Below, in pieces: positions 59,035 to 64,000 of a DNA stretch of 64,000 bases. The position numbers were made by a program, and so were the translations under genes. The notes under the pieces are model-generated. The model was not told the DNA's origin and searched no databases. It saw nothing but the letters and a program-made list of their open reading frames with translations. The DNA comes from Chloroflexi bacterium OLB15 (GTDB lineage: Bacteria > Chloroflexota > Anaerolineae > Aggregatilineales > Phototrophicaceae). Each line of letters starts with the position of its first letter. The first letter of the stretch is position 1. The stretch covers positions 10,658 through 74,657 of the forward strand of contig LMZS01000062.1 in the NCBI GenBank assembly GCA_001567085.1. The letters run 5' to 3'.

Positions 59035-59271
59035 GTGGCAAAAAAATATAAATTGAAATCGCATAAAGGCGCAGCCAAGCGTTTCAAGATGACCGGCAGC
59101 GGTAAAATTCTGCGGACGAAGGGTGGCAAAACCCATTTCCGCCGCCGCCGCAGCCATCGTGTAAAGAACATGTTGAGCAAAAGCATTGTGGTAACTGCGC
59201 CTGGCGACATCAAGCGCATCAAGAAGCTGGCGCCGTACCTGGGTCTTTACAAACAGAACCCGCCAGCGTAG
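59035..59271 (+). CDS. rpmI: 50S ribosomal protein L35
   Basis: AKKYKLKSHKGAAKRFKMTGSGKILR; GTG 59035 preceded by GGAG. Confidence 0.93.
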   Translation: MAKKYKLKSHKGAAKRFKMTGSGKILRTKGGKTHFRRRRSHRVKNMLSKSIVVTAPGDIKRIKKLAPYLGLYKQNPPA

Positions 59272-59362
59272 GATTCTGCTCGCGCTGAATTCGCGCGCCC
59301 CCTAAGACGCTTCAGTTTTGCGAAGCGCGCGTTGCGAGTGAACCGCCTGGAGATTTGTTCCC

Positions 59363-59716
59363 ATGACACGTGTGAAAACTGGTTTTCACCGCCGCCAACG
59401 GCATAAGAAAGTGCTCAAGCTGACTAAAGGTCAGTGGGGTACGCGCGGCCGCCTGTTCCGCCGTTCGAACGAGGCCATGCTCAAGAGCCTGTTCTATGCC
59501 TACCGCGATCGCCGCGCCCGCCGTGGCGAGCTGCGCCGCCTGTGGATCGTCCGTATTAACGCCGGTGCGCGTTTGAACGGGCTAAGCTACAGCCGCTTCA
59601 TGTATGGCTTGAAGAAAGCTGGCGTCGAACTGGATCGTAAGGTTCTGGCCGACATTGCTGTTCGCGATGCCGCCACCTTCCAGAAGCTGGCCGCGCTGGC
59701 GCAGCAAAACCAATAG
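59363..59716 (+). CDS. rplT: 50S ribosomal protein L20
   Basis: [26 protein letters not shown] ... [30 protein letters not shown]. Confidence 0.97.
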   Translation: MTRVKTGFHRRQRHKKVLKLTKGQWGTRGRLFRRSNEAMLKSLFYAYRDRRARRGELRRLWIVRINAGARLNGLSYSRFMYGLKKAGVELDRKVLADIAVRDAATFQKLAALAQQNQ

Positions 59717-59747
59717 GCGCAAGTTGAACAAGAGCAATACCCTGAAA

Positions 59748-59776
59748 GGGCGCGAGCAATCGCGCTCTTTTTATTT
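59748..59776 (+). terminator. terminator of rplT
   Basis: GCGCGA-GCAA-TCGCGC hairpin followed by TCTTTTTATTT. Confidence 0.7.
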
Positions 59777-59901
59777 GCCTTCAAAAACGCCTAGAATTAG
59801 CGGATTATCTCAATTAACCTCACCCCTTAATCCCCTCCCGATGTACAGAGAGGGGAAGCTAAACGAAGCGCAGCGGGATGAGGCCTATTTCACAACTGAC
59901 C

Positions 59902-60684
59902 ATGCCTGAAACCATCACTTCCCTTCAAAACGAGCGCGTAAAACTGGCTCACGCGCTGCAAAATCAAAGCAAAGCCCGCCGCAAAGAAGGCAAAATGGCG
60001 CTGGAAGGTGTGCGGTTGGTTCAGGACGCGCTAAGTCGTGGCTTGCAGCCTGATTTTATTTTGTACGATCCGAACGCGATTGCGGAAGAAGCGCTTATCA
60101 AAACGGGGCATATCTCATCCTCACTTTTTCCCGTCTCGGCGGAAATCATCCGTTATTTGAGCGATACCGAAACGCCGCAGGGCATTATCGGCGTGTTCCC
60201 GCTTCAGCCGCCCGCGCTGCCAGAAACACCGTCGCGCATCCTGATCCTTGATGCCATTGGCGACCCCGGCAACATGGGCACGATTTTGCGCTCGGCGGCG
60301 GCGGCAGGTGTGCAAGCTGTATTCAATGCGCCCGGCTCTGTGGACGCCTACAATCCGAAAGTGCTGCGCGCGGGCATGGGCGCGCATTTCAGGATGCCGG
60401 TTCTGGAAGCCAGTTGGACGCGCATCGCCCTTTACTGCCAGAGCTTGCGGGTATATCTGGCGGATATGACTGGCGATGTGAGCTACGATCAGGCGGATTG
60501 GCGCGCGCCTCATGCGCTGATCATCGGCAGCGAAGCACACGGCGAAAGCGAACAGGCGGCACAGTTGGCCACACAGCGCGTCTATATTCCAATGGCGGCA
60601 GAAACCGAATCGCTGAACGCAGCGGTCGCAGCGTCCATCATGCTGTTTGAGGCAGCGCGGCAGAAAAATGCTGGCGCGTTATAG
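59902..60684 (+). CDS. TrmH/SpoU family RNA 2'-O-methyltransferase
   Basis: SpoU blocks DPGNMGTILRSAAAAG, LIIGSEAHG, IPMAAETESLNAAVAASI; ATG 59902 preferred over 59878. Confidence 0.85.
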   Translation: MPETITSLQNERVKLAHALQNQSKARRKEGKMALEGVRLVQDALSRGLQPDFILYDPNAIAEEALIKTGHISSSLFPVSAEIIRYLSDTETPQGIIGVFPLQPPALPETPSRILILDAIGDPGNMGTILRSAAAAGVQAVFNAPGSVDAYNPKVLRAGMGAHFRMPVLEASWTRIALYCQSLRVYLADMTGDVSYDQADWRAPHALIIGSEAHGESEQAAQLATQRVYIPMAAETESLNAAVAASIMLFEAARQKNAGAL

Positions 60685-60709
60685 TCCATTCTGGGAAATA
60701 TCGTAACGA

Positions 60710-61327
60710 TCACCCCACCGTATTGATAGGCGTAATCAAATTCAGAATGTGTGAGAGGCGCTTCAAATCGTGCGAAAGAAGCTGGGCAACACGGCGGCCA
60801 CAGCGCACCATAAAATCGTAGCGTTCGCTTTCATGATAGGCGTATGAGGCGTAAATCAGCGAAGCAGCCAGCAGCTCGTCCGGTTTCACATCGCGAGCGT
60901 TTAGCACCAGCCGGATGAAGTCGGTCTGTTCTGTGAAGCGGCGCACTTCGTCTGAAGTCATCAAGTGTACTTCGGTTAAGCTCATGGGCGGGCGCGGCGG
61001 CAGGTTGTAGTAATAGTCACCATTCACCGCAAAGCCTACATTGATCACGCAAATTTCAACCGGCACCATGCGGTTTTCGCGGTGATCCAGCAGCGCGTTA
61101 TTGTCCACATTGGCGGCCATCACCAGTTCGCGCGCCAGCGGATCATCATCAATACGAATGGCATAAATCAAGCCAATCGCCTGAGTATCTTCGCCATCGC
61201 TGATATTGACCGTCACAAACGCGCCAAAATTCTGGTTGCCGTTGATGCTGCTGGAACGTGTGCCACAGTCAAAGCCGGTTGTGCCTGCGCGCAGCACGCG
61301 GCCTACGACATCACTGCCTCTGGTCAT
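60710..61327 (-). CDS. hypothetical protein, N-terminal HAS-barrel-like pattern, no ATPase motifs
   Basis: VVGRVLRAGTTGFDC ... FGAFVTV ... AIGLIYAIRIDDD resembles the HerA N-terminal barrel pattern; no GxxxxGK[ST] anywhere; lies 23 nt downstream of the NurA-like gene. Confidence 0.6.
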   Translation of the reverse strand: MTRGSDVVGRVLRAGTTGFDCGTRSSSINGNQNFGAFVTVNISDGEDTQAIGLIYAIRIDDDPLARELVMAANVDNNALLDHRENRMVPVEICVINVGFAVNGDYYYNLPPRPPMSLTEVHLMTSDEVRRFTEQTDFIRLVLNARDVKPDELLAASLIYASYAYHESERYDFMVRCGRRVAQLLSHDLKRLSHILNLITPINTVG

Positions 61328-61350
61328 AACGCTCTATATACTCCCTGCTT

Positions 61351-62597
61351 TTAATTTCCCAAGATGTGACGGCGACGGGTTGACCGCGCCATCCCCTTAC
61401 TTTCCAGTTTTGTCGAGCGTTCCGGCATCATCTGCTGCTTCATCAGCTCAACGCGGATCAATTCGTCTAACTGATGGCGCTCCGTTGGCTTAATATAGGC
61501 TAGCTCATCCGCCCGTGTTAGTGCGTATGGATAGCGCTCGCGCCCTTGAATAGCACACTGTGCCACCAGCAGCGCATGAAGTTGATTCACGCTCTCTTTG
61601 TGCCGCCCCACCCACATCGGAATTTCGACGCGCACGATATGCGGCCTTATGTCGCCCACGTTGATATAGAAGAAGGCAATTTCGTAATCTACGCCGTATT
61701 TGTCTTTATAGTCTTTGTTCTGCGGCGAGCTTTGCGCGAAGATGGCCGAACGCTCACCGGATTGCAGCACTTTGGCGAACAACTGCGCGTCGCTTACACC
61801 TTCAATTTGACCGTTGGTTTTTAGATTGGCGTCGTTAACTTCCTCAAGCGGTAAATTCAGTAAATGCAGCAGGCTGATCACGCTGTTGCTGCTGGTGCGG
61901 TCAATATAACCTGCAAGACAGGCGTTACTTTCGCGCAATTTTTGCAGCGCGCTAAAGTAGTCTCTTTCCAACTGCCACGCATCCACCAGCTCAGTGGGGC
62001 TGAAAAATTTGAGCAGGTTGCCGTCATGGATGGTGAAGATCGGGGCATTCACTTCAGTGCCTGCCTGCATTGTTTGATCCAGCGCCCATGCCCGCTTCGC
62101 TAAAAGCTGTACTTCAGCATTCATTCGGCGGGTGTTCACCGTTTGGCTGTTGATCAGGCGGCCATCCTGATCTTCGAGCAGGTCTTCAATGAAGATCAAT
62201 TCCGGTTGTGTATAGGGTTCAGGCAGCCGATCCTGCCCGTAAAATAGGTGAGCGAGCCGAGATTGATCAGGTAAAACAACGCTGAACCATGCGGATCGGG
62301 GTAAATTTGCGAGCCATCTGCCGCCACAAACGCGGCGTTTTTGGGCAGCGGCGGCAGCGCGCCAATCCCCGAAACCACTTCATCATAGGGCTGCGGCGCA
62401 GGCGCTGCGCCGCGATAGCCGCTCACCGCGGAATTACGCACCGCATTGATGCGCTCCCAGACGGCATCCAGATCATCCGACGCGGCAAACCAGTCCAATG
62501 CGATTTCTAACTTATCGACCATTGATTGGGCACGATTGCCGATATAGCGCCCCATGCGCTCTACTTGATCAACAACTTTGGCAAATTCCAGCGTCAT
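61351..62597 (-). pseudogene. NurA-like nuclease domain protein split by one frame change (candidate site T4 run, plus-strand 62241-62244)
   Basis: Upstream ORF ends ... FVAADGSQIYPDPHGSALFYLINLGSLTYF; the downstream frame continues YGQDRLPEPYTQPELIFIEDLLED ... IHDGNLL ... AGYIDRTSS ... YPYALTRADELA. Confidence 0.7.
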
Positions 62598-62789
62598 GGT
62601 TGGAAAATTCACACCGAACAGTAACTTCAAATTAGCACTACCGTTCGGTTATGTCAAGGAAGGCAAGTGATCAGCATGAATTTAGCGGCGTGGAATTTCG
62701 GGTGAAGCGAGAGAAAAGGGGGCGCAGCAAGCCACGCCCTGCTTGAAATGATTTATTGATTTATACAGCTCTGTAAACAGCGGGGTGCT

Positions 62790-63173
62790 TTATGCTTCCT
62801 GAACCGGGATGACGCCTAGCTGCTGCATCATCGTCATACTATCCGCGAGCATCCAATGGTCTGATATTTTACCGTTGGTGATGGTGTAGATCAGCGCGCC
62901 TAACGCTTCGATCTGTTTACCCGTTGCCGGTATGCCCATAAAATTGCCGCGATGCACCCCGCGAATCAGGACTTTGACCATTACTTTATCGCCATCGGCC
63001 AGCATTTCTTCGGCAATAATCTCATAGTTCGGGAATCCAAATTCCGTCTCAGCAATATGGCGCTTTAAGATTTCATCGCTTAAGAACTGATCCAGAATGC
63101 TGGTAGGCTTTGGCTTGCCGCTAATGGCATCCAGATAGCGGCGAACAAGGGCTTTGTTTTCTTCACCGGACAT
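62790..63173 (-). CDS. SnoaL-like ester cyclase family protein
   Basis: 127 aa; NKALVRRYLDAI ... GVHRGNFMGIPATGKQIE ... ISDHW pattern. Confidence 0.8.
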   Translation of the reverse strand: MSGEENKALVRRYLDAISGKPKPTSILDQFLSDEILKRHIAETEFGFPNYEIIAEEMLADGDKVMVKVLIRGVHRGNFMGIPATGKQIEALGALIYTITNGKISDHWMLADSMTMMQQLGVIPVQEA

Positions 63174-63264
63174 CGCTGTTTCCCCCTATCAATGATCAAG
63201 GTCAATTGTTTCCAGTGAAGCATAGCGCGGCGCTAACGCTGCATCTTGCCCGATTCCATCATCT

Positions 63265-64000
63265 TTACTGGCGTATGCTGGCACCGCTCATATAGCGCGC
63301 AGGGGGCACGCCGGTATGCCGCGTGAAGTGCCTGGTGAAATGGCTTTGATTTGCGAATCCGCACTGACGGGCAACATCATAAATGGTCAAGCGGCTGCCT
63401 TTAAGCAGGCATTTAGCCTGTTCCAGACGACATTCCAACACATACTGGTAAGGGGCGCAGTGCAGCGTAGCCCGAAACATCCTTTCAAAATGCGGCACGC
63501 TAACATACAGGCACCGGCTCAGGTCAGTCAGCGTTATTTTTTGATCCAGATGCTCATGAATATATTCATTGATCTTCCTGAACTGCTCTGTGGTCAGCCT
63601 GCCGCCGTTAATGCCAGGCAGACGGCTGAAATTGGAATATTTACGCATCAAATAAAACATCATGGCACTGATTACAGAGCTTGCGAAAAGCGATCCCTGC
63701 GGCGCGCCCTGTTCTACTTCATGGCACAATTCACGGCCGAAGTGATAAAGAAGCGGATCGCTGAAGCACAACGCAGGTTGTAATTCGATCTTCGACGGAT
63801 CACCCCGTCCCAACCCGGACGCAAGCTCAATGAACATGTCCCGATCAAACTCAAGCACGGCGTAGGTGTGCGCCGTCTCGAAGCGAATTTCAGATTGAAA
63901 CTGGCACGGGAAAAGCAAGAGGGTTCCCGGAACAATATGGTTATTAAATACGTTGCCGTTTAAGCGCAATTGCTGGTGGGTTGCCCCCTTCAATTTCACA
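63265..64000 (-). CDS. AraC family transcriptional regulator (N-terminus may lie beyond the window edge)
   Basis: C-terminal double HTH (ITLTDLSRCLYVSVPHFERMFR ... IYDVARQCGFANQSHFTRHFTRHTGVPP); frame open to the window end. Confidence 0.85.
   Translation of the reverse strand, partial: VKLKGATHQQLRLNGNVFNNHIVPGTLLLFPCQFQSEIRFETAHTYAVLEFDRDMFIELASGLGRGDPSKIELQPALCFSDPLLYHFGRELCHEVEQGAPQGSLFASSVISAMMFYLMRKYSNFSRLPGINGGRLTTEQFRKINEYIHEHLDQKITLTDLSRCLYVSVPHFERMFRATLHCAPYQYVLECRLEQAKCLLKGSRLTIYDVARQCGFANQSHFTRHFTRHTGVPPARYMSGASIRQ

Overview
Gene-dense, moderately GC-rich chromosomal segment with about 64 protein-coding genes on both strands. I recognise no rRNA, tRNA, CRISPR array, transposase or integrase. 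Layout: (i) 1-10.6 kb carbohydrate locus with a ROK regulator, a CUT1-type ABC importer carrying two ATPase genes, a ketose 3-epimerase-like enzyme, a second xylose-isomerase-fold enzyme and a Gfo/Idh/MocA dehydrogenase. (ii) 10.8-27 kb mixed housekeeping and repair genes: BenE-like permease, family-4 UDG, NYN/LOTUS protein, DUF89, thiolase, Ada, GNAT, VOC, SDR, cold-shock protein. (iii) 27.5-33.3 kb ABC-2 exporter convergent with a large FHA membrane protein. (iv) 34-46 kb envelope and exported-protein neighbourhood: DUF2723 and GT-C glycosyltransferases, lipoproteins, SH3b, two PD40 proteins, and a sulfatase-fold enzyme with Thr at the nucleophile position. (v) Tandem Doc/Fic genes, then a peptidoglycan-binding plus papain-like peptidase effector-like gene. 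(vi) Kinase, RidA, desaturase, M23 peptidase, thioredoxin, SulP and fcl. (vii) The infC-rpmI-rplT operon with an apparent AUU start and a leader terminator. (viii) A NurA-like nuclease paired with a small ATPase-less, HAS-barrel-like protein. The gene-family mix suggests a Chloroflexota-like monoderm, but this is inference only. Three genes (GT-C, the effector-like gene, NurA) are each split by a single frame change at or near a short homopolymer. That pattern points to assembly indels as much as to real pseudogenes. The best candidates for something undescribed are the NurA/HAS-barrel pair, the leaderless PG-binding peptidase with an LQRxxGNxAVQRL N-terminal motif, and the antitoxin-less tandem Doc pair. 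None can be confirmed without database and structure searches.
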